A stretch of 64,000 nt of DNA from an uncultured Candidatus Saccharibacteria bacterium (GCA_964434195.1 CAYSUI010000001.1:8931-72930), one strand, 5' to 3'; counted from the first letter of the stretch, positions 1 to 10,395 are shown. Program-made: numbers and translations. The notes: generated by a model not told the origin, from the sequence alone.

Positions 1-25
1 TACTATAAAACAGAAATCGTCAAGG

Positions 26-1192
26 TTAGTTTTCCACAGAAGTAAAAATGCGAGGACTCTTTATTTCCGGAAAATTGGTCTGAATAAATTCATAAAAACC
101 ATTATGTGTTCTTTGAAGGTAGTCTGGTACTGCTATATACAACCCCACACTTTCTGTAAAAGACTCTTCGTACTTTAATTCTTCGTCTTCTGCGTATGTT
201 TCTTCTACATAACGAGTAACGAAAGAATTTTGGTCTACCAATTTCTTCCACTCCTCGCGCTTTTTTGCGGTCATAAGGTACGCAAAAATATGATGCGCTA
301 TTTCGTGAGAAAAATTTGAAAGTTTGTAAGCCCGCATTTTATCTTCTGGCTTTAAGTCGTCTAGATATTTATATTCATCTGTATTTTCGTTTTCAAAACT
401 ATAAAAACGGATTGGTGTAGGTATTACAACTTTGCCACAATCTGGATCGGTATTCCAGTTGGGAAAATATTCACCTACATATGTAAATTCACCTGCTTCA
501 GGCACTACACTTTTTCATTTCTGAAACTTATCTTTGGCAAGTAAATATTCGTCATCATTAAATCTTACATTCACGAGGTTAGGATTATACGAAATTTTTG
601 ATATTAGAGCTTTTTGAAGCAACTCTTCACCGAAAGCTTTTTTCAATATTCCAGGAAAGTCTTTAGTTTCCACGTCTCTTTCGAATCCCGAAAATTCCAC
701 TGGATACTTATAACTTTCTGCAATTGCCGCATAAATATCTTTTGCTTTTAAAATTGCTTCTATTAATAGCTGGGCTTTTGTAATGTCTTTTTTTCTGGAC
801 TTTAGTATTTTTTTATAGTCTAAACCAACACGATCCATCATTGCTTCATATTCTGGGACCTCTTTCCCTTCCATAAGGTCTATTACACCGTCCACATACT
901 CCTCTAGTGCTTTGGGTAGTCTTTCTTTGCTGTGTGGGTCTACACTTTTTTTGAACGCTTAAATGAGCGTAGCTTGTTCTTCGTCTTCTTATGAGTCTAC
1001 TGCATACTCTTCTAGAAAAATTTCTGCGTATGGTGCGAATATTTCCTCTAGCTCTTCACGAGACTTTTGTGGACGGTCTTTTTTGCCCGGTGTAGTAAAA
1101 ACCACATCGTTTATACCTTCTTGCTCTATATATTCAATGACCTTTCTTCGTAGATCTAACTCTGCTTCAGGATTAAACTTTAAATTTTCCAT
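26..1192 (-). pseudogene. HExxH metallopeptidase-like gene broken by three in-frame stops
   Basis: ORFs 989..1192, 515..895 and 26..505 share one frame, separated only by TAA (989-991), TAA (959-961) and TGA (515-517); HEIAH motif and a later EESFTE in the C-terminal part. Confidence 0.75.
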
Positions 1193-1250
1193 TTGTTTCT
1201 GTGTGTTATAGGTTATGTCTTAATTTTAGGCAATTCTAAGATATTATAAA

Positions 1251-1288
1251 AGACTAGTAAAACGCGCGCCCGCGCGTTTTACTAGTCT
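1251..1288. repeat. 38-bp palindrome, copy 1 (18-bp perfect arms, CC centre)
   Basis: AGACTAGTAAAACGCGCG-CC-CGCGCGTTTTACTAGTCT; three more copies at 49.2-50.2 kb. Confidence 0.97.
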
Positions 1289-1315
1289 ATAAAAAAATAC
1301 CCATTTATTGGGTAG

Positions 1316-1831
1316 TTAATCCTCTTGGATACCAAACACACTCTCGATTTCTTGGGCGACGAGGAGCAGAAATCTGTCGTCTTCTCCGCTTCGCATAGAA
1401 GAGTACCAGCCGGATGCAAATTTTCCGGTACCGCGCGGGAGGGACATTATTTGGCCAAGTTCGGTGCCAAAATAGTCACACTCTTTTGCCCGTACTGGGA
1501 TGACTCGTGGCTTTGTTTGCACTCGTTTCATCATCTCATAAAGCTCGAGTTGGTGTTCGACGGATCTGGGAGTAAGCATAACGATAATGTTTTTAACTCC
1601 CAAGTAACAGAGTTGTGCGAGTAACTCTATTTCGTTGGGTCTAACGACTAGGTATTCGAGCGACAACCGTCGCCTTATTCCTGCCATCATTACCTTTAGC
1701 TCTTCCCAGCAACCCTCTTCGTCTTTTTCGTGGACGACTACCCCCAAAAAGTTTTTCTGAGGGTTGAGTGTTAACTCTTGGTTTTGACCAAAGTAGATCG
1801 ACCCGGGGAATCTTTGCGAAAGATCTTCCAT
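1316..1831 (-). CDS. stand-alone divergent TIR-domain protein
   Basis: IIVMLTPRSV...ELYE...RVIPVRAKECDY..TELGQIMSLP..GK..SGW...VAQEI follows the bacterial TIR_2 pattern (IILLLSP...EL...VIPVIL.PCDW...L..LQALP.DGKP...W). Confidence 0.6.
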   Translation of the reverse strand: MEDLSQRFPGSIYFGQNQELTLNPQKNFLGVVVHEKDEEGCWEELKVMMAGIRRRLSLEYLVVRPNEIELLAQLCYLGVKNIIVMLTPRSVEHQLELYEMMKRVQTKPRVIPVRAKECDYFGTELGQIMSLPRGTGKFASGWYSSMRSGEDDRFLLLVAQEIESVFGIQED

Positions 1832-1901
1832 TGAGACTTTTCCTTTTGAAACTAAAATAAAAAAGACTAAATATTTTACATATTTAAGTGTGTTTTGTCA
1901 A

Positions 1902-3608
1902 TTACCGATACTCCTTGGGTACGGTTGTAGGAATCTCATCCGCTGGTTCTATTGGTTTTTCTGTACGTTTGAAAACCAATACTTCGGGAGAGGTATATAC
2001 TTTGTTGAAATACTTATAAACTCTTCCTTGCATGGCTGGATTTTCGTAGAGCTTTGTCCATAGGGCGTCGTTTTTTTGCATAATAATCCAGGTGGCATAT
2101 TTTTCTGGAGCTATAAATGAGTCGTCCCAGTAACCACGGTTTCCAACGTAGATAATTCTATTCATAGGAATATTGGTCCTTATGATAGACATGGTTCTAG
2201 CATAGTCGTCTACCAGCACTAACCCGCTGTCGTAATTTGTATTTATCCACCCTTGGACATCTGGGATTTTTGCTACAGCTGATGAAAGCCCTCTAACTCC
2301 GTCTTCAAAAGTTATAACCTTACTGTAACCAACATAGTACAAACCGAGTTGGGCGAACATTAATCCACCAAGCAGAAGTTTTCCGTTGATGGTCGATTTT
2401 GAAAATAACCATCCTATGAAGAATGCAGCCGGGGGTACCATCATTATTCCGTAACGAACATTGAATAGCGTCCAGTCAAAGGTATATGGGGTTAAGTGTT
2501 TAATAAAAATAACAGACTGTCCTAAAAAGAGAGTTGTAACATTAAATATAAATGGGACAAGAAGCACAATAGCAATGAGCCAATTTTTTTTGTCTTCTCT
2601 TATGTTTAAAAAACTAACCAACCCGACTATGGCTGCTGCGTAAATAAAAACACCTACATTGCTCATGGCCGTCACAAAGTAATAAAGGAATGCGAGCGCA
2701 GGATTGTGATAAGCTGGTAATTCCCCTTTTCTGTGCCACTCAAGTTGCTGCGCTCTTGCTGAATATTCTGAACTAGAAAAATAGAGAGGATCTCCGAGAA
2801 TTAGATAACCCCATATGAACCATAGCAATATTCCAAAGAAAGCAATTGTGCAGAACATAATTAGCTTACCCTCCATTAGCAACCAACGATATCTTTGGAA
2901 AACGCGTTTTATATATTTTTTTAGAGATTCTCCCCTACTAGGCAAAGAAAATTTAATAGGTAAATAATAGAGAAATAGCAGACCAGCTTCGGCGGCGACC
3001 AGAAACCAGCCGTCGTAACGACTCATGGTTGCGCAGAAACCAAATATTCCAGCTAGTAATAACCAGAGAATATTCTTATCTTCTTTCAGGAATTTTACAA
3101 AATAGAAACTAGATAGAAGAAAAAACATAATGAGCAAAGTCTCTGTCATGGGAGTACTTTGCATATAGAGTAAATTTGGATTCGAGACCAACACAATCCC
3201 AGCTATGAATGCTGCGGTTTTATTTTGAGTTACTAAGTAAGTAAGCTTATAAATATAGCGAGTAGAAATTATAAATGCGATTCCAGAAACAATAGACCCA
3301 GCTAGGCCTGTTCGCCACAGAAAGTCGAAATACACAAAAGGCACCATAAGTAGGTGTGGCATAGGTAACCAAATACCGCCAAGCTGAGCAAAACCTGGAG
3401 TGAGAGAATCTATTACTCTTTTAGCTATGTTTAAATGCGACTCGCTATCTCCATAGGCGACTGTATAACCATGAATGGCCGACCAAGTTGTTACTAAAAC
3501 TGAAATAATAACTGAAATAACCAGAAGCCATTGTTCTGGAGAGAGAAAACTAAACCAACCTTTTACTTTTTGGATGGTTTCTATTTTTATAGTTACAGCT
3601 AGTTCCAT
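1902..3608 (-). CDS. GT-C family (ArnT/PMT-like) membrane glycosyltransferase
   Basis: 568 aa polytopic protein; YGDSESH near the N-terminus, WLPMPHLL, PMTE and SRYDGW motifs. Confidence 0.75.
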   Translation of the reverse strand: MELAVTIKIETIQKVKGWFSFLSPEQWLLVISVIISVLVTTWSAIHGYTVAYGDSESHLNIAKRVIDSLTPGFAQLGGIWLPMPHLLMVPFVYFDFLWRTGLAGSIVSGIAFIISTRYIYKLTYLVTQNKTAAFIAGIVLVSNPNLLYMQSTPMTETLLIMFFLLSSFYFVKFLKEDKNILWLLLAGIFGFCATMSRYDGWFLVAAEAGLLFLYYLPIKFSLPSRGESLKKYIKRVFQRYRWLLMEGKLIMFCTIAFFGILLWFIWGYLILGDPLYFSSSEYSARAQQLEWHRKGELPAYHNPALAFLYYFVTAMSNVGVFIYAAAIVGLVSFLNIREDKKNWLIAIVLLVPFIFNVTTLFLGQSVIFIKHLTPYTFDWTLFNVRYGIMMVPPAAFFIGWLFSKSTINGKLLLGGLMFAQLGLYYVGYSKVITFEDGVRGLSSAVAKIPDVQGWINTNYDSGLVLVDDYARTMSIIRTNIPMNRIIYVGNRGYWDDSFIAPEKYATWIIMQKNDALWTKLYENPAMQGRVYKYFNKVYTSPEVLVFKRTEKPIEPADEIPTTVPKEYR

Positions 3609-3672
3609 ATATCAGATATGTATTTTAGCATTTATGAGGCGATAAGAATACTGTAGGGGTTATAATTAGACT

Positions 3673-4542
3673 ATGAGTAATATAGGTATAATTTTCGCTG
3701 TGGGTGCTTTAGTGTCCTGGACTTTTGGAGATTTTTTTATTCAGAAAACTGTTAGGGCGGTAGGCAACATTCATGCACTGTTATTTATTTGTGGATTTGG
3801 CAGTTTAGCTATATTGCCTTTCGTTTATAAAGAGATCCCTTTAGCATTTGAAAGTGCTTCGTTTTTAATTTTATTTTTTACTTTTTTAATATCTTTAATA
3901 GCGGCAATATTAGATTTCGAAGCGCTTAAACTTGGAAAGTTTTCTGTAGTAGAACCTGTTTATGGAATTGAGTTACCTATTACGGTATTACTAAGCCTTG
4001 CTATAGCAAAAGAAAATCTTAGTATTTTGCAGATAGTCTGTATAATAGCTGCTTTTGTTGGAATAGTTTTAACTTCTACAAAAGCATTCAGACACCTACA
4101 CTTCCACAAAAGACTCATAGAGAAGGGTGTTATATTCGCGTTACTTGCTGCTACTGCCATGGGTGTAACAAATTTCCTTTATGGTTATTCTAGTGCTAAT
4201 ATTTCGCCTTTACTCACTCTTTGGTATGTGCATTTTTTCTTAGGAGTATTCAGCTTAATAGTCATTATATTTAGGAAGGAATTTGGGCTAATGATTTCGA
4301 ACTTAAAAACTTATCCTAAAATAATTTTTGCTGAAACTTTTTTTGATAATACTGCTTGGCTTTGTTTTGCTTATGCAAACACATACCTACCTATTTCCAT
4401 AGCCACAACAATTAGCGAAGCATACATTGGCTTGGCCGCTGTGGTGGGGGTAGTACTTAACAGAGAACGCCTACGAAAGCACCAATACGTTGGAATTTTG
4501 TTAATTTTTATATCCATAATTTCACTGGGTTTGCTGAGCTAA
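3673..4542 (+). CDS. EamA/DMT family transporter
   Basis: 289 aa, about 10 TM segments in two repeats, ending LNRERL..QYVGILLI. Confidence 0.85.
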   Translation: MSNIGIIFAVGALVSWTFGDFFIQKTVRAVGNIHALLFICGFGSLAILPFVYKEIPLAFESASFLILFFTFLISLIAAILDFEALKLGKFSVVEPVYGIELPITVLLSLAIAKENLSILQIVCIIAAFVGIVLTSTKAFRHLHFHKRLIEKGVIFALLAATAMGVTNFLYGYSSANISPLLTLWYVHFFLGVFSLIVIIFRKEFGLMISNLKTYPKIIFAETFFDNTAWLCFAYANTYLPISIATTISEAYIGLAAVVGVVLNRERLRKHQYVGILLIFISIISLGLLS

Positions 4543-4615
4543 GTTATTTGGCAATAAGAAAAAATTTATGTATATTAGCTATTCGTATACTACTCGCTAA
4601 ACCTAGGAGGAAAAG

Positions 4616-4918
4616 ATGCTTACAATACTGAAGAAAGGGGTGACTTACAACATAGCTGTTGGAATGTATGACCAGTTAAAGGAACAAGTATTAACTCTTC
4701 AGTTCTTACACCTTGTTGTACATTACGATGCAGACAATGTATTCGGAATGATGGATGGTATAAATGAAAAACTTGCGACGTTTGACTACCCTAACTTGTT
4801 TGTATATTTAGATTTGAGTAGCAAACAAAATTTTGAAGAACTAAGCGAGTTTGAGCAGTCGGATATTACTGACATCTTTGTGAACTCTCAAACTCATTAC
4901 TATCTTACTACCAGTTAA
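4616..4918 (+). CDS. hypothetical protein
   Basis: AGGAGG RBS upstream; hairpin plus T-run after the stop. Confidence 0.7.
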   Translation: MLTILKKGVTYNIAVGMYDQLKEQVLTLQFLHLVVHYDADNVFGMMDGINEKLATFDYPNLFVYLDLSSKQNFEELSEFEQSDITDIFVNSQTHYYLTTS

Positions 4919-4961
4919 TTAATAGACTGGTATTTTTTTATAAAAAAATAGGACATTTGTC

Positions 4962-5762
4962 CTATGGTATTAATTTATGAAGCCTTTCTACTCTCTGGTA
5001 GTAAGTAGGGTGACTTGCGTAAATTTTCTCTATCAAATTTCCCTTCTTACTTTTTTCTGAAAGATGTGAGCAAATTATGCGAAAAGCTTCCAAATACTTT
5101 TCCTTCCCTACGGTAAGGGCTGCTACCAAATCTGCCTGATACTCGTTTTGCTGCCTGTACTGGTTAAAAAATATTGGACAGAAAACGACAATGAAGACAA
5201 TATCCCAGAAGACTTTTAATAACCAAACACCGTCTGTGCCATGGGTAAGAATATCGTGGTATGTCGAGACTATCCAGATAAATGCTAGATATAACCCAGG
5301 CAAAAGAAGAGTAATTATTAACTGACTCCAAAGCGCATCATGACTAGCCACGTGCGCTTTCTCGTGAGCAAGAATGGCTTCTATTTGCTCTTCAGAAAGT
5401 TTATTTCCCCAGTAGATAACGACGGGTCTAAAAGGAAAATAACTTAATACTAGCATGTTACTATTTTCGGAATCCTTACTAATGAAAAAAGGTTGCTTAT
5501 AAACCGGAATTAAGCATGGTTTAGACAATTTAGCTTTTTTGAGATATGCGTAAAGATTCACAAGCAAACCTACTATTACTAAACTTGGCACTAGCATAAT
5601 AAGGAGTCGTGTCATAGATGCTTTAATTATCAGATTTATGAGCTCTGGAAATTTGGGGAGTACCATGAGGAATACCCATAGGTTAAACATAACTGCAACG
5701 AGCGCAAAAACTGATTTACGCTTGAAACCATTTCTTAAAACGGTTTTTATTTGCTGATCCAT
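4962..5762 (-). CDS. M48/HtpX-like membrane zinc metalloprotease
   Basis: AILAHEKAH, EYQAD, SHPT..RV.RL motifs and TM segments. Confidence 0.85.
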   Translation of the reverse strand: MDQQIKTVLRNGFKRKSVFALVAVMFNLWVFLMVLPKFPELINLIIKASMTRLLIMLVPSLVIVGLLVNLYAYLKKAKLSKPCLIPVYKQPFFISKDSENSNMLVLSYFPFRPVVIYWGNKLSEEQIEAILAHEKAHVASHDALWSQLIITLLLPGLYLAFIWIVSTYHDILTHGTDGVWLLKVFWDIVFIVVFCPIFFNQYRQQNEYQADLVAALTVGKEKYLEAFRIICSHLSEKSKKGNLIEKIYASHPTYYQRVERLHKLIP

Positions 5763-5873
5763 TTTTCACCTCCTATTTTTGTGAAATTTGTTTATACCAT
5801 ATTTATAAAAATAAGTCAAGTGTAAATAAAAAATCCTACATTCTGTAGGTTATAAATAGCAGGGTTTTATCTC

Positions 5874-6248
5874 TTAGTCTTTCGGGGAAATGTATACATC
5901 GTATACCTGTCCCCTTGGGGCGTTTAGCCATCTCCACACTTCATCTTTTGTGGGAGGTTTTTCGTTCTTGAGGTAAGCAATTTTTTCTCTCTCGATAGCC
6001 TCTTTTCGGAATCTGGGAAGGGTGGATTTTATTTCTTTTTCTAGGGTATGCAAATCTAAACCCTCTAAACCCACCTTCATTTCTTCGTACCCCGCTTCGA
6101 AGGCCTGATACTGAGCCTCCACTTTTTGCATTATAGATTCTTGCACCTCGGGGGGTAAGCCCTCGAGGAGCTGCGCGTCACTCATTTTGTAAATATTAAC
6201 AAAATGCTTTTCATTTTTCTCAACCTCTGAATTTTCCTTATCTGGCAT
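5874..6248 (-). CDS. hypothetical protein
   Basis: 124-aa ORF with GGGAGGGG RBS. Confidence 0.65.
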   Translation of the reverse strand: MPDKENSEVEKNEKHFVNIYKMSDAQLLEGLPPEVQESIMQKVEAQYQAFEAGYEEMKVGLEGLDLHTLEKEIKSTLPRFRKEAIEREKIAYLKNEKPPTKDEVWRWLNAPRGQVYDVYISPKD

Positions 6249-6346
6249 ATCCCCTCCCTATTGCTATGGTTGTTCTGATAGAAGAAATAGTATACAAAAC
6301 ACATTATCTATGTGCAAGAAATAAAAAATAGCCTAGTATTGGCTAA

Positions 6347-6643
6347 TTATTCGTACTTTATGATTGGGGTATGGGAACAGATACCGGTTTCGAACACAAT
6401 ATCTACATAAGCAGTTTTGTAGCTTGACTGAAACTTGTCTACAAACTCGTTCCAGGGATATGACTTTGGAACATATTCACCCACACCTCGCTTGTCCGCA
6501 AAGTCGCGGAGTTTTTCTTCGGTAGAAAAAATATAGAGAACTTCTCCGTCGTCTGCCGAAAAGCTTTTAGTATCGGCAGGGTCACGGATGACCCATGCGA
6601 TTTCTGGGTGATCGAATTCAACATGTAGCTTGATAGTGCTAAT
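6347..6643 (-). CDS. unannotated 98-aa protein with apparent ATT start (or mutated ATG)
   Basis: AAGGAGG-CAAT-ATT, then an open frame ISTIKLHVEF...LYIFSTEEKLRDFA...IIKYE-TAA followed by a hairpin and T-run; not in the ORF track. Confidence 0.6.
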   Translation of the reverse strand: MSTIKLHVEFDHPEIAWVIRDPADTKSFSADDGEVLYIFSTEEKLRDFADKRGVGEYVPKSYPWNEFVDKFQSSYKTAYVDIVFETGICSHTPIIKYE

Positions 6644-6709
6644 ATTGCCTCCTTTGTGAATTCTGAAAGTTTTTTAAACAGAAAAACAAAGCTTGCTTGT
6701 ATTCTGAAT

Positions 6710-7267
6710 TTAGCTTTCAGGATAGATTGCCTTTTGAATTATGACCAACGAACCCTTGGGGATACTTTGCTTAAGGAAACCCTCAAATTTATCTATTCGC
6801 TTAAAGTACTTCTGAATAAGATCCTCTGACCATCCTTCGTTTCTTTTTCTTGCGATCTTATATGCCCAATCGGTTTTCTCAATTAATATGTAGTAGTCGG
6901 GTTTAGGAAAAATAGCCTGAATTATTCTTCCAATAAAGATCAACGTTCTTGAATTATAGGAATATCCATAGGCAAGAACTTCGACTCCTGGATCATGCTC
7001 CCATATTTGTGTTTTATTATTGAAAACAAATACACAAAGTGGGAAAAGCAGAACGGCGAAAACTAAATAGAGACAATGAAGCCCCAAACCTTTTTTGAAC
7101 CTTGGGCTGAGAAATTCTTCTAACCTATTTCCAAAAATTCCTGGGTAGTAAGGGCAACGAATGCGCTTGGCCTTTACACCCACGGCTTTCATTTCTGCTT
7201 TCATTTTTCTTGCAAGCGGGGTCTTACCCACACCGTTTGTTCCCAAGACTGAGATTTTCATATTCAC
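6710..7267 (-). CDS. thymidylate/deoxynucleoside-kinase-like P-loop protein, divergent
   Basis: ISVLGTNGVGKT Walker A; PKPDYYILI...IARKRN. Confidence 0.6.
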   Translation of the reverse strand: MNMKISVLGTNGVGKTPLARKMKAEMKAVGVKAKRIRCPYYPGIFGNRLEEFLSPRFKKGLGLHCLYLVFAVLLFPLCVFVFNNKTQIWEHDPGVEVLAYGYSYNSRTLIFIGRIIQAIFPKPDYYILIEKTDWAYKIARKRNEGWSEDLIQKYFKRIDKFEGFLKQSIPKGSLVIIQKAIYPES

Positions 7268-7416
7268 CTCCTTCTAAAAGAAAATATAGATGATTATATT
7301 TTCTTAGCTGGCTTTAGTCAAAATATACCTTAAGGATTATAAAGCCATTAGGAAACAAAAAAGCGTCGCAATATATAATTTACGATCGTAAAAATAGAAA
7401 ATTTTATTTTATTAAT

Positions 7417-7884
7417 TTAGTTGGTTTTTTTTGTGACCCTATAAATGTAATACAAAACCCAAAAGAGTAGAGCACCGGAAGTATTTGCTACTAGGTCCCA
7501 CCATGTGTCGTAAGAAGATAGACTAGCGAGTCCAGCCCGGGTAATAAAAAATTCAAAAATTTCGTTTGATACACCCAGCGCAGAAACTAACGCATAGGTA
7601 AAAACCAAGTCTTGGAGGGGTCTATATTTTAGCCCAAGTTGGTTTCGTATATATACCCAAACAATCCCACTAAATATTCCCCCGCCTACGAAGTGAGTCA
7701 GAAAAGCGGTCTGCATACCGTCCACCTTTGGCGAAGGTAAGTACCAGGAAACAAAATATATTAACCCTGCAAGAATTAAAGTAGTTCTTTTCACTGGAGG
7801 TTTTCCACTTAACCAGTGGGTAAGTATTGGTAGAAAAACATATACAACTACGGGCACACCTATAGATAGAATTTTTAAAATCAT
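7417..7884 (-). CDS. membrane protein (VanZ/DUF2238-like)
   Basis: THFVGG, NEIFEF and DTWWDLVANTSG in a TM-rich protein. Confidence 0.6.
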   Translation of the reverse strand: MILKILSIGVPVVVYVFLPILTHWLSGKPPVKRTTLILAGLIYFVSWYLPSPKVDGMQTAFLTHFVGGGIFSGIVWVYIRNQLGLKYRPLQDLVFTYALVSALGVSNEIFEFFITRAGLASLSSYDTWWDLVANTSGALLFWVLYYIYRVTKKTN

Positions 7885-7989
7885 AGACTTAGTTTAACCC
7901 CTAAACAGATACTTTACCACCCAAGTTGCAATTGCAACTGGAGTGGTAAAATTAGACTTTTTGAAAGTATATAAAAAAATGGCTGCGAA

Positions 7990-9246
7990 CTATTCACAGC
8001 CATTAACTTCCTTTCTTATGGAAGCTATAAACTCTTTATTGAACGACTCCACAAAACCCACATCGTAAAACAACTTAATTGGGATATGTAGAACTGACTG
8101 GTCTTTATCTGGCGGAAACTCAGTCTCGTTTTGTTGCAAAATTTTTGAAAGAGCTATGTACGCATGCTTGTCAGTAGAGCCTCCTAGAGTCTTATCTTTA
8201 CAATGCTCCCCTATTCCAGCACCACCCAAACAAGCATTGCAAATTGAGTCTGGTTCTGGAGTCAACACAACCACGAAGTCCGGATGGGTTTGCGAAAGTT
8301 TTAACCAATGCCAGTGAATGGCTATGTCCAACTCTACTTTCTTAAACAGACCAGGGGTTTCTTCTGGGAAAGTTTTTCCAAAAACATCTTTCAAGTAAAA
8401 CACTTGACGCCGACATTGTTGTATTTGTTTTTCGCAAATACTGCCAATATTCTGACTACCATTGGTTAGCGATTTTCGAATATCTTCCCAAAAGAAATAG
8501 ACATCTATACTCCTTTCGTCTTCCAGACTCGTACTTACTAACTCCCCGAAAATGTTTAGGAAGTCTATATACTGCTCCCAACTTGGATTCCAAAAGAATT
8601 CACTCAGGTCTTCTATCCTTAAAGCTAAATTGTTTATGCAGTCTAAGAAATCTAGGTAGGATTCACGATACACTTCTTCTACTACACCATCCCAGTCTTC
8701 GACACAACTTCTAACTTCTGACTGTTTCCTTGTTAGTAAAGATTTGAGTCCTTTAAGAATTTCCTTTGGATTATTTCCAGTTCTTAGAGCATTAGCTAAT
8801 TCCTTTTCGTCGTCTGTATAGAGAAATGCATTATTAGGATTTTTAGCATTTCTAACAGTTAGGTCCCAGATAGAGAACAGTATTAAGCATAGCCTCGAAA
8901 GCGCCACTGGGTTTTGATAGGCAGTCCTAAAACTTAACAGTAGATCTTGAGCGAGTTTTTCCGCATGACCCATATTTTTAATTTGAGCCACGGAACGTTT
9001 AAAAGTTAGAAGAATTCGCTTTTTAGAGAATTGTAAAAATAGCTCGTCGTTTGCCTTGGTAGATTCCAATTCCCGTGGGACCAAATGAATACCAGTTTTC
9101 TCATGTTTACTTATGTAAGATATTCCAAGCCAGTCGTAGCAGAAACGAGAAAATTTTTCGAAATGACGCAAACGCATAGTTTGAAAAAAACTTTTTGAAT
9201 CGGAACCAATTATTTCATTCAAGGTAAGCGACTCTAATTTACACAT
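7990..9246 (-). CDS. hypothetical protein with C-terminal Cys-rich DUF1284-like segment
   Basis: VVLTPEPDSICNAC...HC resembles the DUF1284 pattern; GGAGG RBS. Confidence 0.5.
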   Translation of the reverse strand: MCKLESLTLNEIIGSDSKSFFQTMRLRHFEKFSRFCYDWLGISYISKHEKTGIHLVPRELESTKANDELFLQFSKKRILLTFKRSVAQIKNMGHAEKLAQDLLLSFRTAYQNPVALSRLCLILFSIWDLTVRNAKNPNNAFLYTDDEKELANALRTGNNPKEILKGLKSLLTRKQSEVRSCVEDWDGVVEEVYRESYLDFLDCINNLALRIEDLSEFFWNPSWEQYIDFLNIFGELVSTSLEDERSIDVYFFWEDIRKSLTNGSQNIGSICEKQIQQCRRQVFYLKDVFGKTFPEETPGLFKKVELDIAIHWHWLKLSQTHPDFVVVLTPEPDSICNACLGGAGIGEHCKDKTLGGSTDKHAYIALSKILQQNETEFPPDKDQSVLHIPIKLFYDVGFVESFNKEFIASIRKEVNGCE

Positions 9247-9352
9247 GATTATTCCTCCTACTGAAAGTTTTGAATATTTGAATAAGGGTTATTTATATAT
9301 TATTTTGCCTATGCATTCAATTCTTGGGTAAATAAAAAATTCGTGGTTTTAT

Positions 9353-10171
9353 TTACCACGAATCACTTGCGCCACCTCCGCCAGAGCTTCCACCACCGTC
9401 ACCGCCGGAGGAACTTGAGCCTGATGATCCACCGCCCGAACCCCAACCACTGCCGCCAGAGCCGGAGCTGGATCCAGAGTAAGAAGAGCTTCGCCTGTAA
9501 GTTCCTGTAGCCAAACTATAGAAAAAGGCGATAACCATAATTAGAACAAACAACGCCACCAAGACAAAAATGACAAGAATAATTATCCCGACCACTTTTT
9601 CTGCGGTTGTGGGTGGGGGTTTCTGGGTTACTATTCCTGAACCATACACTCCCCTCCCTTGCTCTTTGTCTTTCTGGTCGAAGTGAGCGGCGAGCTCGTT
9701 TATAACCCCACGTACGGCTTCGGTTGGGTTCTTGCTCGCCATGAAGTGCTTGTTGTTGCGGAGAATTTCTCCGGCTTTGCCGTCTGGGAGATCGCCTTCA
9801 TTTCCGTAGCCGGTTTCTATTCTCCATTTCCGCTCCTTAAATACAACGAGCAGCAGCAAACCCATGTCTCTGCTTGGACCTTGCTTGTCTCCAATGCCCC
9901 AGGCACGGAAAGTATCTATTGCGGCGGTTTCGATATCCATGCCACCTAGCGTGGGAATGGTTATAACACAGATTGAGCGACCTGTTTTTTTGTAATAGTC
10001 GCTAAGTGTCTGGTTGTAGGTTTGTACCAACGCCGGGTCCAGGATATTGTCGAAATCGTTCACTGGGACGTAGGGTTGTGGTTTTTGAGGAACCTGAAAA
10101 CCCGTTTGTGCCTGCGTGAAGAGACTTGAACTTAGCAGAATTGCTAGTAGAAGAATCAATTTCAATCTCAT
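9353..10171 (-). CDS. TPM-domain (YgcG-like) protein
   Basis: signal peptide, VND...IL, WGIG...D.G.LLLV...R..RIETGYG.EG.LPD, TM helix, GGGGASDSW tail. Confidence 0.92.
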   Translation of the reverse strand: MRLKLILLLAILLSSSLFTQAQTGFQVPQKPQPYVPVNDFDNILDPALVQTYNQTLSDYYKKTGRSICVITIPTLGGMDIETAAIDTFRAWGIGDKQGPSRDMGLLLLVVFKERKWRIETGYGNEGDLPDGKAGEILRNNKHFMASKNPTEAVRGVINELAAHFDQKDKEQGRGVYGSGIVTQKPPPTTAEKVVGIIILVIFVLVALFVLIMVIAFFYSLATGTYRRSSSYSGSSSGSGGSGWGSGGGSSGSSSSGGDGGGSSGGGGASDSW

Positions 10172-10395
10172 CTTGTTGCCCCCTTTTTGAACTGAAGTAA
10201 GATTTTAGAATCAAGAAGAAATTATTTTACAATATTTTTATGTTTTTGTCCAGAGATATATGGAAATAGTAAAACTAATTCCATGGTTATAACCTAGGAA
10301 TAATTACTGACATAGCGCGACTTTAGGGACTTGCGTTGACTTAAGCAGTAACAGGCAAAGCCTTTTTGGAGCCTACCCTTCTTGCGACCTTGTCG

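Noticed and set aside
515-517. TGA recoding (genetic code 25 or 4)
   Set aside because: TGA ends nrdR and other genes at the expected positions, conserved genes are uninterrupted in the standard code, and the same pseudogene also has TAA stops.
6439-6624. 61-aa ORF from the track
   Set aside because: An overlapping frame (6347..6643) fits the RBS and terminator better and looks more protein-like.
10255-10395. Possible structured RNA downstream of the PA14 protein gene
   Set aside because: Only short imperfect stems and no recognisable family motif; too weak to call.
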